Positions 49,307 through 64,000 of a stretch of 64,000 bases of DNA are shown piece after piece (the first letter of the stretch is position 1; the number at the start of each line of letters is the position of its first letter). Source of the DNA: Glaucostegus cemiculus. Taxonomy: Eukaryota. Below the pieces are notes generated by a model. The model saw nothing but the letters and a program-made list of their open reading frames with translations. It did no database searches and was not told the origin of the DNA. The stretch spans positions 4,712,001 to 4,776,000 of the forward strand of contig CDPCPM010000367.1 in assembly GCA_976551045.1 (NCBI GenBank), given 5' to 3'. The position numbers and the translations under genes are program-made.

Positions 49307-51254
49307 CTGGGGAGAGAAATAATAAAATAAATCAGATGGCAGCAAATTTATACAAAAAAGGCAGATATCCAATAGGTAAACAATGGGCCAGTATGAAGCC
49401 AGTAGGATTTCAGTGCATGAGTATTTTTAAATAAAATTCCTTAAAAGTATTCTCCAAATTCAAAAATCCTCAAAACTCATACATTGAACATTGATAATTC
49501 AATCCCTATTTTTAAAGTCACTGTACCTCTGAACTCAACTATAGCTTTTCCTTTCCCCAAATATAGGTTCTTGAATAATTCAGTATCATTTTGATTTAAT
49601 TTTTTTTTAACTATCTAGAACCAACTGAATACAACAAGGGAAAAAGCTGGTGTTCAAATTGGAGTGTAGTTGCCTTTGTGTATGAGGTCCTCAGTTCTTA
49701 AGATTTAAGAATACAATCATTCAGTATCATTTGGATTTTTTAAAAATCCAATGCAAATCTGGAAGTAATTATAAATTTTCTCTTCTGCTTTGTAATATAG
49801 CCCTCATAAATGTTGCCCATTTTTCTTGTGGTAAAGGATGCAATCTGCACCTGGAGAAGCCCATTCTCACTAAAGCCGGGACTGGCAGGTATATCCAAAT
49901 GCTGATCGTGGTGTTCCTCCACTCTTACATTCATGGGATAAAGGGTCAAGGTCAAAAGTCAAAGTTGAGTTTATTATTATTATATGCACAAGTGCAATGA
50001 AAAAAACCTTACCAGCAGTAGTATTACAGGTACCATTTTCTGCAACCTTTTACAAAGCTCAGTGAAAATCCAGTAGTTTATAATCAGTGTCCCAGCCCAA
50101 TATGCAACCTTTCAAGTGCATCACAAGGAAAGCAACTGCATAGGTGATAAATGGACTCTAACAAGCAGTAAATGGTAAATAAAAAGGAACTTGGGTCTTT
50201 AATTATTTTCATAGGTTTTATTTCAACTCCAGGATCATTTTTTACTGCTTCTCTATATGCCCTAGTCCTCACTTAGTGTTCAAAACAAGATTTATTTTGT
50301 GGAAACCAGTCGAGAAAATTCTCCACAGTAATAGGACCTTTCATCACTAAAAGGATTAAAAATATTTACTCAGTCATGTCCCCAGACAGCTGAAACCATC
50401 AGTATCTTTTCTCCCCCTTGAAAAAATACAACTACATTTATGCAAAGCTACTGAACACATTACACACTTCAAAAATGTAATAAGTCAATCAAGTAGTTAA
50501 AACAAAACAGAGTACTATTTTATTTTTCTTCACCCATAAGATAATGGATCTATGGAGTTTTCTACCCAAGGAGGGCTGTGGAGGCCCAAGCATGGAATAT
50601 ATTCAACACAGGAATGATTTGGATACAGAGGTGGGGTGGGGGTGGAAATATCAAAGAACATGTCATTAGTGTTGGAAAGTGGTGTTGACACAAGATCTTT
50701 AACTTTACTGAATGGTGGAGCAGAGGAGGAGGACCAAAATCACCCTGTCCTACCTCAAGGTTTGTTTTTACATTCTTAATCTAATAACCCATTTAAAAAA
50801 AAGTTAAAATTACAAAATTCTATCCAGAAGCTGTCAGTTGAATCTATTGGAACTTCAGCATTCCCATCTACCCACAGTAACCTTTCTGCCCATTTTACTG
50901 TCTGGTTTAATATTAAAGACTCTTCCTCAAAAAGGTGGTAGAAACAGAGTTCCAAAGACTCATGCCAGTCATAGCAATAGAAAAAATTAATAGAAACTCA
51001 CCTCTGTCCTAAATGGCAAACACTTAATTTTTTTTGGAAATGCAACCCCATATTCTGTCCCAAGGAGGAAACATCATCATGTCTACATGTCAAAAACCTG
51101 AGGATCTTTTCTTTAAATCAAATCTCCTCACTCTTGTAACTAGATTGCCCATCTTTCCCTGGAAGACAGCCTTCCTATTCCAGATAGGAGTCTAGTAAAC
51201 CTTCACTGAAGTACAGCCAATGGATGAATATTCTCCATTAAATAAGGAGACCAA

Positions 51255-51769
51255 TGACTAAAGGAGATCTCTGATACCTTTGAGGGTGGCAGATACTTCA
51301 GAACAAAGCAGTGGAGCTCAGTTTGTTGCTGACCTGTAGAAGGAGACAAGTATTTGTGTGGACAGCCATGATTCGAGCACCTTTCGGGGTGAGCAGGATA
51401 CAGTGGAGTAGTCACTGATGAGTAGATGCTGAGGTGTCGTTTGGGTTCCAAAGTGGAACATATGGATTTCATAATTACTCTCTATGTTCTCTCTACATCT
51501 ATATTTTGTCTTCAGTCAATGGTTGTTGAAGAAGCCTTGGATCACATTTCACCTTATGGCTTGCCAAACTGAATTTCGAGGATTATTCCTGGACTTGGAG
51601 TTTGGGAGTTTACCACACACGAGTTTAGTTTTTGGGGCTAATGTTTAAAATTCTTACTTCTAACATTCTTACTTTTATTTTTCTTATTGTTAATAACTAC
51701 TTATGATAAAGCAGTCTTTAAACACTGATACATGACTCAGAGTGTTTCTTTTACTGCTGGTTCATAACA
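51255..51769 (+). mobile_element. Possible solo LTR inserted in an antisense CR1 remnant
   Basis: Distinct composition, a GATAAA-like signal near the 3' end, and a terminus CTGCTGGTTCATAACA typical of LTR ends (..CA). The TSD is not clear. Confidence 0.35.
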
Positions 51770-51953
51770 CAATAAACAATACTGCTGTTAGCTTTCCTAA
51801 ATACTGTTCATACCTGCATACTAACCCTTTTAAATCATGCATTTGGATATCCATATCTCAAGTTGAAAGTAGTTTAGGAACCTTTGCTCAATCCCATATT
51901 GGGCTAACTCAATAAATCCACTTAATTATACACTGGAGTATTAAGTATTATTA

Positions 51954-52268
<315 letters not shown>

Positions 52269-52296
52269 TTATGATGTTCAGTGCTGTTATTCTTAC

Positions 52297-52391
52297 CCAT
52301 CATTCCAAAGAGGCAGAAGATGCTTTTTGATTAACTCCAAAATCCCTTCAATCCAGAGCCAGAATGAGAAAGGTTTTTCATTCATATTCTC
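52297..52391 (-). CDS. STAT1: STAT1 exon 20 equivalent
   Basis: [31 protein letters not shown](G); 95 nt; uses an AAG acceptor. Confidence 0.95.
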
Positions 52392-52480
52392 CTTAAGTAA
52401 TAATAGAATACAAATAAAAATACAAGAAATGCAAAATTGAGATTCCATGTTACTAACTTTAAGAGGTGTTAACTGGTTAC

Positions 52481-52533
52481 CTTGCAGAATCTTGACCATG
52501 GAATTGAATTCTCATTGAAACAATTATTTGGAC
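52481..52533 (-). CDS. STAT1: STAT1 exon 19 equivalent
   Basis: [17 protein letters not shown]; 53 nt. Confidence 0.92.
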
Positions 52534-53371
52534 CTAAAGACAGAGACAAATTTGAGGTTTAACCATTTTCCCTCTAAAGCTTAAAGAGGAATATGCTTGA
52601 AAAGTTCTTGCATTCTATGATTTACAGTCCTAATTGTATACTTAAAAGATGCATTAATGATTTTTTTTTTAGATCCATTTAAAACACTTTGAAATTTAAA
52701 GAATACACAGCTGCAAGTTGACATAAGACAGGAGGGGAAGAATAATAAATATTAAGTGCAGCAACACAACATGCTGGAGAAACTCAGCAGGTCAGGCAAC
52801 ATCTATGGGAGGTAAATTAAATATTAATTCACCCAACTGAATATTTCAGTGTTGATCATTAACATTAAATCAGCACAAGCACAATATTCATGATCATGCA
52901 CAAAGATGTAGGCAATGCACAATTACTAATGTTTTCAGTATTTATGATGAAGATGTGGTAGCCCATCTTTTCTAAGCTTGTACATCAATTACAAAATGGA
53001 GTGTTTAAATATCTTTGAATACAAGAGGAAGTGTTGTTAGAGTTCTTCAAATATGCATCCTTTGTGAATGCCAAACAACTGTAGTGAAATGACATGTCTA
53101 ACTGGAGTTGGAGTCTTAATATCTTCAAATGTTTTGGTTCAGTTATCCCAAAGAACAAATGCACCTCCACAATACAATACATTTGGAATCTATATGGAAG
53201 AGGAATCCCTTCAAATCAATGGCTATCACATCTCCAAGAGTAATTCAGAGGAATGGTGGATGATTTCATTCCTCCATCAGGTCATATGAATTACAGACCA
53301 TCTCAACAAAAAACAATGCTTTTTCCCCCCCCCACTCCTATACCTTTAATTGTCGAATCTCAAGATCTTAC

Positions 53372-53507
53372 CTAACAACTTTTCTCCAAGCATGTTGAGT
53401 TGTTCATTGTTCAGCCCTCGCTTGGTGACAGAGGAGAACTGCCAACTCAATACCTCAGAGAGCTGATTCCATGTGGCAGCTGGGGGGTTGGAGAAAAAAC
53501 CCAAGGT
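53372..53507 (-). CDS. STAT1: STAT1 exon 18 equivalent (linker domain)
   Basis: [45 protein letters not shown](G); 136 nt. Confidence 0.96.
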
Positions 53508-54025
53508 CTGAGGAAGAAACAAAAATTGAAGTCGATAACATACTTTATGATGACTGTTTAAATTTGACCATTTAAAAAAATGTTACACAATTTCTAGTTT
53601 ATCACTGATATTAATATTCCTTAAGCCAAACGGCTATTATTTCAACCATATTTAAAAATGTACATCAGAGTTTTAAAAAATACCCAGTTAAAGGCATTAC
53701 AGAGGAAGATTTACTGGATGGCAGTGAGGAGGGACATGGGTTCCTGATTTAATAGTGTATATTGAAACAAAAGCACAAATCAGATTATAAAACAGCCAAT
53801 ATTCAAATTTCCATCAACTTCACATTAAAAGGTGTCTAGAATAAAATATTGACTTAACCTCAAATTTATTTATTTTTCTATTGAGTTGGTGCACCTCACC
53901 TATTGACCAAATATTATACTTTGGATATACAAGCGTTTCAAATTTCTTGTCCACTACTAAAGGACAAAGCTCCACATTGCCAATACAAAGACAGATAGGT
54001 TTACCCATCACTTAAATTCAACCTA

Positions 54026-54211
<186 letters not shown>

Positions 54212-54899
54212 TTAATCCTAGACTACGAGTTACGCAGTTACACTCAAAGTGAAGAGGTAATGCAACAAAAAGGCAGCCATGTGACCACAATACAGAGTAC
54301 AAATCCCATTTTTCAGCTCTTGCATTCTTTCCAAGTCTCTATTTGCAAATGCTTTAATCTTATGCTCCAAAACAAATTTATAGCAAAATACTTAATAATA
54401 AATGCACTTCTCTACATCACAGCCACAGCATATTGGTGGTAATGAGAATGAATGGAGGGTGGTGAATGAGGTGCCAATCAAGTGGGATACATTATCCCAG
54501 ATAGCATCAGGCTTCTGAGTGTTGTTTGAGCTAAACTCATCCAGGAAAGAGGATTAAATTCTCTGTCCCAGTAAAAGCTGAAAAGCCTTTTCAATAAAAA
54601 TATAACCTCCTGTTTTTAAGGTTCTTTATTTTTAAGCCCATGTCAATGACCTGAAAAAAATCCCAATTTAGTTTCACAGCTCTGATTTTATATTCATCGT
54701 TTCCATATACAAAAAGAAGCCAAAAAGGATTCCAATTTAACATCTTTTAAACCAGTGACCAACTTCCATGGATGTAAACCTAACATCCCTTGGTTTCTCC
54801 ATTCTATTAAAAATGCTGGCATTTAGAGTAGAATTTCCTTCACAATGAACTACATCGTAGAACAGAGGGAAAACAGAGGGAATAGGAGTACAAGCATAT

Positions 54900-55795
54900 T
54901 GTTCCCTGAAAGTGGCATCACAGGAAGACAGGGTAGTGAAGGTAGCTTTTGGCATGCTGGTCTTCATCAATCAAGTTAGTATTGGTATATCACTGTCACT
55001 TGTACCAAGGTACAGTGAAAAGTTTGTCTTACAAACAGACCGTACAGGTCAATTCATTACACAGTGCAGTTACATTGAGTCAGTACAGAGTGCATTGATG
55101 TAGTACAGGTAAAAAACAATAACAGTACAGAGTAAAGTGTCACAGCTACAGAGAAAGTGCAGTGCAATAAGGTGCAAGGTCACAGCAAGGTAGGATATTA
55201 TGCTGTAGTTGTACAAGATATTGTTGAGACAGCATTTGGAATACATTGTTCAATTTTATTCACCCTGCTATTGGAAAGATGCCATTAAGCTGGGAAGAAT
55301 GCACAGGAGATTTAGAAGGATGTTGCCAGGACTTGAGGGACTGAGTTATGGAGAGGAGTTGAGTAGGTTGGAACTTTCTTTAGAGTGTTGGAAAATGAGG
55401 GTTGATGTTATAGAGGTGTATAAAAATCACAAGGTCATAGATAGGGTCAATGAGCACAGCTTACCCCCACCTCCCCCCCCCCCCACAAGAGTTTTGGAAA
55501 TCAAGAACTAGAGGGCATATGTTGAAGGTGAGCGAGGAGGGATTTAATAGGAACTAGAGGGCCAAGCTTGTCATCCGGAGAATGGTCAGTATACAGAATG
55601 AGCTGCTAGAAGTGGTTGAGGCAGTTACACTAACATTTGAGAAAGGTACCTGGACAGGTAAATGGATAGGGAAAAAAAAACTTAGAGGGATATGGACCAA
55701 ACTTGGGCAAATGTGACTAGCTTAGATAGGAATCTTGGTCAGCATGGACTAGTTGGGGTGAAGGATCTGCTTCCATGCTGTATGGGTCTATTGGT
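54900..55795 (+). mobile_element. CR1 LINE 3' fragment
   Basis: ORF 55209 YKILLRQHLEYIVQFYSPCYWKD...RMLPGLEGLSYGEELSRL is the CR1 ORF2 C-terminus. Confidence 0.8.
54978..55193 (-). mobile_element. ~215-bp retroposon, copy B
   Basis: Shares the antisense pseudo-ORF RYSEK.VLQTDRTGQFITQCSYI with copy A; interrupts a CR1 fragment. Confidence 0.75.
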
Positions 55796-56099
55796 TTACT
55801 CCACTACTCCAGCTCTTGCACATTCCCCCCTTACATATCAACTCTCATGCCCTTGTCAAAATATAAATGTTCCCTACCTTTAGATACTTTCTAGGACTTC
55901 CTTTCCCATATGGGAAAGATTTAGACAATGCTAAAAACCATGCACAAGATTCTGCTTTATCCAACTCAGGAGGACCACAATCCATCACCTTGCAACACAT
56001 TGTACAGTGAAAGTCCACATTTCCAGAATCTACTGCAATCGTTCATGACATATCTTTGAAGTCAACATACAAGAGTGCACCCGTGTACATGCTCCTTAC

Positions 56100-56183
56100 C
56101 TCTAGATCAATTGGCACATTCTGGTGACAGAACTGGGTCTCAAAGCTGATGGAATGAAGTTCCTCAGTTACAATGAGAGGTCC
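56100..56183 (-). CDS. STAT1: STAT1 exon 16 equivalent
   Basis: [28 protein letters not shown]; 84 nt. Confidence 0.96.
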
Positions 56184-56469
56184 CTGGTTGAACATGTACA
56201 GAAAAAAGTTTAGCTGATGATTTAAACACAATATCAATCTTTACCTGAAGTAATATTGACATGATGATTTTGATTTCAATACACTGGGGTCTAAAACCTC
56301 TCCCCCAACCCGCAAAAATCAACAGGGAACTGAAAGATATGCAGTTATAAAATAAGAAAGATATTCTGGAACAGAGGGCAAGGAGTGTCCATGTGTCGAA
56401 TTAGTTTTGAAGTCTGAGGTTATACCAGCTGAAGTTATGTTGAGAGGCACTCCACAATCTGACACTTAC

Positions 56470-56511
56470 TTCTGTTGTTCTGCTTCCTGTATTTTTCTGT
56501 TCCTTCAGTTG
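56470..56511 (-). CDS. STAT1: STAT1 exon 15 equivalent
   Basis: QLKEQKNTGSRTTE; 42 nt; keeps the K410/K413 equivalents. Confidence 0.93.
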
Positions 56512-56544
56512 CTGCAATATAAAAAAAACACCATATTGGATTCA

Positions 56545-56835
<291 letters not shown>

Positions 56836-56848
56836 TTATACTACTTAC

Positions 56849-56878
56849 CCTTTTACAGAACTCTTTTCAGTGACATCT
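56849..56878 (-). CDS. STAT1: STAT1 exon 13 equivalent (30-nt exon)
   Basis: DVTEKSSVK(G); AG/GT flanks, phase 2-2. Confidence 0.9.
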
Positions 56879-58620
56879 CTGAAAAAGAACACAATAGTAT
56901 AATTTAAGAGATAAAAGCAGGAATAGAGAGTTTGGCTCTTTGTGACTAATTTCACCATTCAATTATCTCAGCAACAGCTTACTGAACAAACCACACATCT
57001 TTCAGTTCCCTAATACCTTAGTCTCTAATCTTATTCAAGACAAACTGATTAGATGCTGAGGCTCTACAGCCCTCATGGATAGAGAAGTCCAAAAAATCGT
57101 CAGCCCTCTTTGCAAAGAAGATTTCTTAGCTAGACTCCAAAATGGCTGGTCCCTTATTTTAGACCCTGGTTCTAAACACCCGAGCCAGGAGAAACATTAT
57201 CCCAGTGCTCTTCTAATCTTCGATAGCCCAGACTACTTAAGTGTCTCCTCAAACAATAAATCCACCCCAGAAATCCCACTGGCAAAATTAACTGAGGTCC
57301 CTCTTACCACAAGTATCTCCTTCCTTAGGTGGAGCAAACAGATCTGCACAAAATATTCTAGCTACAGGTATCAAAGCCTTAATTGGACCAAGACAGATTC
57401 TTCACATGAAGGGTCTCGACCAAAAAAAAAAGTCAATGGTTTGCTTCCCTCAATAGATGCTGCCTAACCTGCTGAGTTCCTTCAGTGTTTTGTGTGGTTG
57501 TGACAATTGGACCAAGTAGCCTTCTATTTTTTCCATTTAGGTTCTCTTGCAATAAAAGGGAAGTGTACTATACGCCTTCCTAGTTATTAATATTCAGGTA
57601 TTACAAGCAATCAGATGTGTACAAAGGGCAGCCAAATCCCTCTAAACACCAACACTGTCTCCATTTAAAATACTTCTCTTACTGAAGTAGATGACCTCCC
57701 ATTTTGCACATGTACTCCATCTGCCCTGCCCTCACTCTACATTCCCCTGAAGGCTCCAAATTCTTTTGACAACCTATATACCCATTCAAGTTTTGCATCT
57801 CAGTTTAATGATGCATTAAACTCAAGATCCTCAAAAATTGACAGCCCCAACACCAATCTCTGTGGTACTCCACTGGTCACAGTCCCAACCCAAACAGGAC
57901 CCATTTATTCCTCCTCTCCATTACCCAATCCTCAATATAAATCAAGGTCCCACATTCCCCTAATCCTGTGAGCTCTAGTTTTGTTTAATTTTTTTTTTAA
58001 AAAAAGAAACACCTTATCAAAACATTCCAAAACTTCAGATAGATATCAAATGGTTTCTACTTCCTCATTCTGCTAGTTATGATCTTGAAAAACAAAAGTT
58101 GGTCAGTATGTGGAACTCACTGCCAGCAGAGGTTGAGAGGTTGGTGGAAGGAGATAAAATTAGGGACATTTGAGAGACTTAGCAACATGAACGATAGAGA
58201 AATGGGAGGGAAGGGTTAACATTTGGGAGGGAAAGGTTAATTAGATATTACAGCAGGATAAGATGTCAGCACAACATTGTGGGCCAAAGGACCTGTGCAT
58301 GTAGTAATGTTCTATAAATGTTATTTTCAGAAATCCCTTTTAGTTCAGCCCAATCCTACTATTTTCCAGTACTCCATTACTATTAAAATGTGAAGTGTTA
58401 ACTTAACAGATTTAATATGGGCAGAATACACCAAAACTCTCATCCTCATCACCTGGTCAAATTTTGAAACTAATACACAATTTTACTAACATTGCTGAAA
58501 CATGGTATGTACCACACAATTAAAATAACTGGTCATAGTAATTTTAACACATTATCTTCAACTAAGATAACTTCTATAAATTTGTCATGAAACACATGGA
58601 AATAACATACATCTACTTAC

Positions 58621-58680
58621 TTGTCAAAGGATGCTTTTACACGCAGCTGGTAGTTTAATTCTGGCAGTCTTACCAATAGC
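58621..58680 (-). CDS. STAT1: STAT1 exon 12 equivalent
   Basis: LLVRLPELNYQLRVKASFD(K); 60 nt. Confidence 0.95.
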
Positions 58681-58947
58681 CTGTAATGAAATAACAAGAG
58701 ATGCAAAATAACACGTTTTATGGTAGACTGAAAAAGGAATCAGGTCTACATGAATAATTTCATTATGTCACTCATTAGTAGCAGTTTTGATTCTTGCCAT
58801 TTGTCATTGCACAGGAATTCAAATTAAGCCATTTCATAATGAAACAGGGATTCTAGGACAATGTCTGGTCTCCACCAGATAATGCACCATGACAATGTAA
58901 AGCAAGCCTCCAAGTTCTCAGTTAAGAAAAAAGGCGCAGAAGCAGTT

Positions 58948-59920
58948 AAACATGGAAAACCTACAGCACAATTCAGGCTCTTCAGCCCACAAAGTTGTGC
59001 CGAACATGTCCCTACCTTAGAATTACTAGGCTTACCCACAGCCCTCTATTTTTCTAAGCTCCATGTACTTATCCAAAAGTCTCTTAAAAGACCCTGTTGT
59101 ATCTGCCTCCACCACTGTTGCCAGCAGTTCCATGCACTCACCACTGGGTCTAAAAAAACAACTTACCCCTGACATCTCCTCTGTACCTACTCCCCAGTAT
59201 CTTAAACCTGTGTTCTCTTGTGTCAACCATTTCAGCCCAGGGAAAAAGCCACCAACTATCCACATGATTAATGCCTCTCATCATCTTAAACACCTCTATC
59301 AAGTCACCTCTCAACCTTCGTCACACTAAGGAGAAAAGGCAGAGTTCACTCAAACTGTTTTCATAAGGCATGATCCCCAATCCAGGCAACATCCCTTTCT
59401 ATGGCTTCCACATGTTTCCTGTGGAGAGGTAACCAGAACTGAGCACAGTACTCCAAGTGGGGTCTGACCAGGGTCCTATATAGCTGCAACATTACCTCTC
59501 AGCTCCCAAGTTCAATTCCACAATTGATGAAGGACAATACACTGTATGCCTTCTTAACCAGAGTCAACCTGTGCAGCTGCTTTCAGCATCTTATGGACTC
59601 TGACCTCAAGATCCCTCTGATCCTCCACACTGCCAAAAGTCCTACCATTAATATGATATTCTTCCATCATATTTGAAATGAATCATTTCACACTTATTTG
59701 GGTTGAACACCACCTGCCATTTCTCAGCCCGGTTTTGCATCCTATCTATGTCCCGCTGTAACCTCCGACAGCCCGCCACATTATCCACACCTCCAACCTT
59801 TGTCATCAACAAACTTACTAACCCATCCCTCCATTTCCTCATCCAGGTCATATATCATGAAAAGCAAGTGTCCCAGAACAGATCCCTGAGGCACACCACT
59901 AGTTACTGACTTCCATGCAC
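58948..59920 (-). mobile_element. CR1 LINE 3' fragment
   Basis: ORF 59648-59851 TKVGGV...LQRDIDRMQNRAEKWQVVFNPNKCEMIHF; the 3' end is shared with 45245-45470. Confidence 0.8.
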
Positions 59921-61130
59921 AATTATTTTAAAAACATTCCTAAGTCACTGCTTCTTGCGCACCAAATCTCTTATGTCACATTAATAGTACATTCAAAATA
60001 TCAGAAAATGATCACAAGATCTTGTAAATTTTAAAGGTTCCTTTAAAGCCTATCATCTTCAACCAGTTCCATCTGGTCATTGCTTTCACCACTTGAATAC
60101 CTACCAAATGCTGTTTAATGATTGATAAATGTTAGAGCTAGTTCCTCAACTTGTATTCAATATAATCACATTTAACAGTATACTTCCCAAATTAATTCAA
60201 ACAGAGCACCAAGTCACTTTGACACTGGTGCAGATGACAAAAAAACTTGCCTCTTTGTCCAAGCTTAATGGTATAAAAAAAAGAGGAAAACATGGTACAA
60301 AAGCAGAACTCAAGAGGGAATTTCAAAGCTTTGGAGCCATCAGTATAGAACTTCTAAAGTCAATGAAGCATAAAACACCAGAACTGGAGATTAGCCAAGA
60401 TCGAAAAGAAAGTTAAGAGACGAGAGATGGGCAGGGCAAGGCCCTGGGATTTGAACACATGAAAATTTTAAAACCTGGAGGGAGAAGAGAGCAGAATTTG
60501 TTCAAATCGGAGCCAAATTAGGTCAGCTAGAATGAAGTGCAATACAAATACCAGACTTGCTCCAAGTTAGGACACAAGTAGTTGTCGAATGGATGACCCA
60601 AGGCCAGCTAACACACTTGAATAGTCAAATCTGAGGGGGTAACAGGCATGGGTGAAGGTTTCAGTCTGGTTTAGTCTCAGACAGTGGCCAGTAGGAGGGA
60701 TGGAGTCAGTAGCTAGGGAATAGTGTGTGGTGGAGGGAAGAAACCAAAGACAATGGCTTTAATAGGTAGGATGAGAAACAAGCAGTCTGACAGAAGATGG
60801 TGAGGCAGAGTTAGATGCTACCAGCATTCATAGATAAACATATACTGTGTTTGCAGATAACATCACTGAAATGCAGAATAAAGGGAAATAAGGGAAGAGC
60901 AAAGACATACATATATATTCTTCACCAGAGGTTAATTAAGAATAGACTAAGACAGTTTGACCAAATTACTAACAATGAAGAAAAAAAAGTTTCTCCCCAC
61001 CCCAAAGTTTTATGGCAAGTAATGCTAGTTTTAAATGTTAATAATAAAACACCACACCATCATCCTTCTGGGAAACTTAAGTAGTTTTCATAAGGTGAAT
61101 ATTATGAGAAAAAGGAACAAAAATAACTCA

Positions 61131-61256
<126 letters not shown>

Positions 61257-61714
61257 TCAAGTTTAAATGATGAGCATTCCAGAAATAAAGTAGTTTTAAA
61301 CAAAACTATGCAGGGATACAAGTTACGAGCATAAACTGGTAGTGTGCAACAGAGGTTATTGAATGGATGGCCTGAAAATAAATAGTAATAGTCAACAAAG
61401 AGAATCTGCATTGAATAAAGGGCCAAATTTCCAGGTAATAAAGAATGAACACTTGCCAAAACGTGTATCTACTGCCAACTCTTGGTCTAATGATGACTAT
61501 GTCTATAGTCAACAAGGGTAAAATTGTTCTCTGCCATAAGTGTAAAGTGACTCATAGGAAATGAGTAGTTTTGTTTTTTGGCTACACCATGCAAAATTTC
61601 CTTCTCAGTTTAGCCAACATCAGGACACAGAAATAAGTTTCATGTTTAATACTGAGAGAATTAAGATTAAAGTTTTCAGAGTCAGACTGTGGCAGGCTAT
61701 ACCTAGAATTGTTA

Positions 61715-61891
<177 letters not shown>

Positions 61892-62785
61892 TCACTAATT
61901 AAGGAGAGTCAAATTACCAATGGTCCTTGCTTAAACCCTTTTGTAGCAGTCATGGCAATCATGTCATGTGCTCAGATAGTGAGCAAATCACCAGAAATGC
62001 CGCCAACCAGAGTTTACAAACCTACTCTTTTTGTACCTCAGATGCTGTTGAGCTGCTAGCAGCCCAACTCCATCCACCCAACTCCAAAAATAAGCAACTG
62101 AAAAACTTGAAGGGAGGGGCAACCCTGGTCAATAGGGCATCAGTCCACCTCCAAATTGCCAGAAACCTCAGCCTAGAGCAGCTAACTTTCCTTATGGAGT
62201 CAAATACAGATGCAGCATAACATCCTTTATATTGTGCATACAAGAACCATTTGCAAAATACAGTTAAGTTTATAAGTTTCACTACCTGAAACAGACAAAA
62301 TATATTAAAGGGTTAATGAGAGATTAATGTATTGTTTTGGGGAGGAGGTTAGAAAAGGCCTCAAGTCATTTTCAAGCACTCACTACTTCCTGGAAAGGTG
62401 GAAATGGAGTACAGAAAGAGTAAGAGTTTTCAGGATATTCAATGTTAATTCAGGCTTTGTTAATTGTACTTTAATAATAAAAGCTGAAAGTGCTGGAAAT
62501 ACTCAACTGGTTAGACAGCATCTGTGGGAAGATAGGTTTTCTTACTGTATAATTGCTGCTTGAGCTGTTGAGCAGTTCCAGCATCTACAGAAATTTGTTT
62601 TAGATTAACCTTTGAATACACATGTTTTTTTTTTTTAAATTTCATAGTTACACAACCAAAATCTTGCTGGCATGTCTAGAAGCCCAACTAGTTGAATTCA
62701 GTTTCTGGTGTGCCCACAAAAGGTTGGGCATTTGCAGTGACAATCTGCATTCATTAAATTTGCGCAGCTGGTTGATGCAGCTCAC

Positions 62786-62937
62786 CACTGTTGTAGCTGG
62801 TCAAGACAGGTGTTAGGAGGTCCTCCAATGCATGCAATTTGTTGTCTCCGTTTCCATTCCACTAACTCTTCACTGATCAAGAGGCCTTCAATTTGTTCCA
62901 CTTCATTCAGTAGGCAGGCAGTTTCATTGATTACTTC
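62786..62937 (-). CDS. STAT1: STAT1 exon (human exon 9 equivalent, coiled-coil)
   Basis: [50 protein letters not shown](W); 152 nt, AG/GT flanks. Confidence 0.95.
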
Positions 62938-64000
62938 CTACAAAAAAGTCAGTGAAATGTAGCTTTTTAAAAGAAAGTGTGCAAGAGAACTATTTAAGTA
63001 CTTTGCTCCAAGAACAGGCATGCACATGGAAATTTAAAAAAAATGCATTGTCTAACATATTCTCCATTGATAGTCTTAGAAAACAATCAATAATGAGAGT
63101 CTCACAATACAAAAAAATTTAACTTGTTTTAAAAATTAACCGGAATGTTGAAAAAGCAGTTCTGAAATGATGGTAGCTCACTCTACAGATGCTGCCTAAA
63201 TAGCCTAGTATTTTCTTCCCTCCCTCTGCGCCCCCCCCCCCCGCCCATACACAAATAGATCTTCCAGAAATGTTACTGCTGATGATACAAGTTCCACACC
63301 CTCCCTCCCCACACCAACCACAACAAAAAATGTGGCGATTTTGAAAGAAACAAAAAAAAGGCACAGAGGTATTCACCATGTGGTAAAATGTTTTCTGTAC
63401 TATGGAAAGAATTTGATCAAAAACTCCAAATGCTATGTGACGAGATGGCTAACACAAAACAAATATTTTTAGCTTCTGCATTTATTGTTTCACTTCCCAG
63501 AAAAGTCTGGATATATATTGTGATCTCAGACATCATGCAACACACGTTTTAAATGTTATTTGTGCAAAGTTCATTAGCGCACACACAACTTATAAATTGT
63601 GCAGGCTACTCATAGGACAAGGCCATCATCACAAGTTTAAGGGAACCAATTTGCTTTGATCCTCCTACAGGTAGGTCCACTTGAACTGTACTATACCTTT
63701 CACTCCTGCCATCTCATTGCTGTCTGAATACATCTGAATCCCAGTGCTTAACCTGACCTTGGAAGCATCCGCACCCCACACCTTGAGCCCTCACCCAATC
63801 AGTGAAGTTTGGATTCCCTTTCTCCTCAAGGTCCCACCTAGTTTCTCGGCCTCTTTTCACCAACCTACTGCAGTCACTTAGAGTTCCTCTACTAACACAC
63901 TATAGTGTAAAGAATGCAAAGAAAGAAAGCTTTTGTGCATTTTTTTTCCAGTAAGTCTCAATATTAGGCATGATAGTTTGGCATTTTACATTCAGTAGAA

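Overview
Eukaryotic (vertebrate) genomic DNA. The repeat complement (HE1-like V-SINEs, CR1, Penelope-like elements) points to a cartilaginous fish, probably a ray; this is inference. The window holds two convergent, tail-to-tail genes, as at human 2q32. On the + strand is the 3' part of glutaminase GLS: the GAC-specific terminal exon (5842-5991) and the four KGA-specific ankyrin exons (28934-32842). On the - strand are 16 consecutive coding exons of STAT1 (human-equivalent exons 9-24, 62937 down to 46042), all with GT-AG boundaries and matching phases; its last exon is uncertain. The introns contain three young Rex1/Babar LINE copies (one inverted), decayed Penelope-like elements with hammerhead-like motifs, CR1 fragments and V-SINEs. 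Most notable: (i) the STAT1 S727 motif reads PMSV, not PMSP; (ii) the KGA isoform ends in a GLS2-like PDZ-ligand tail (SKENIDSMV); (iii) the STAT1-beta intron-retention stop is present; (iv) miR-23 seed sites cluster in the KGA 3'UTR; (v) a kb-scale LINE inverted repeat lies in the GAC/KGA decision intron. I see no CRISPR array, rRNA or true tRNA gene, and most ORF-track entries are spurious. Comparisons to human proteins are from memory, not from a database search.
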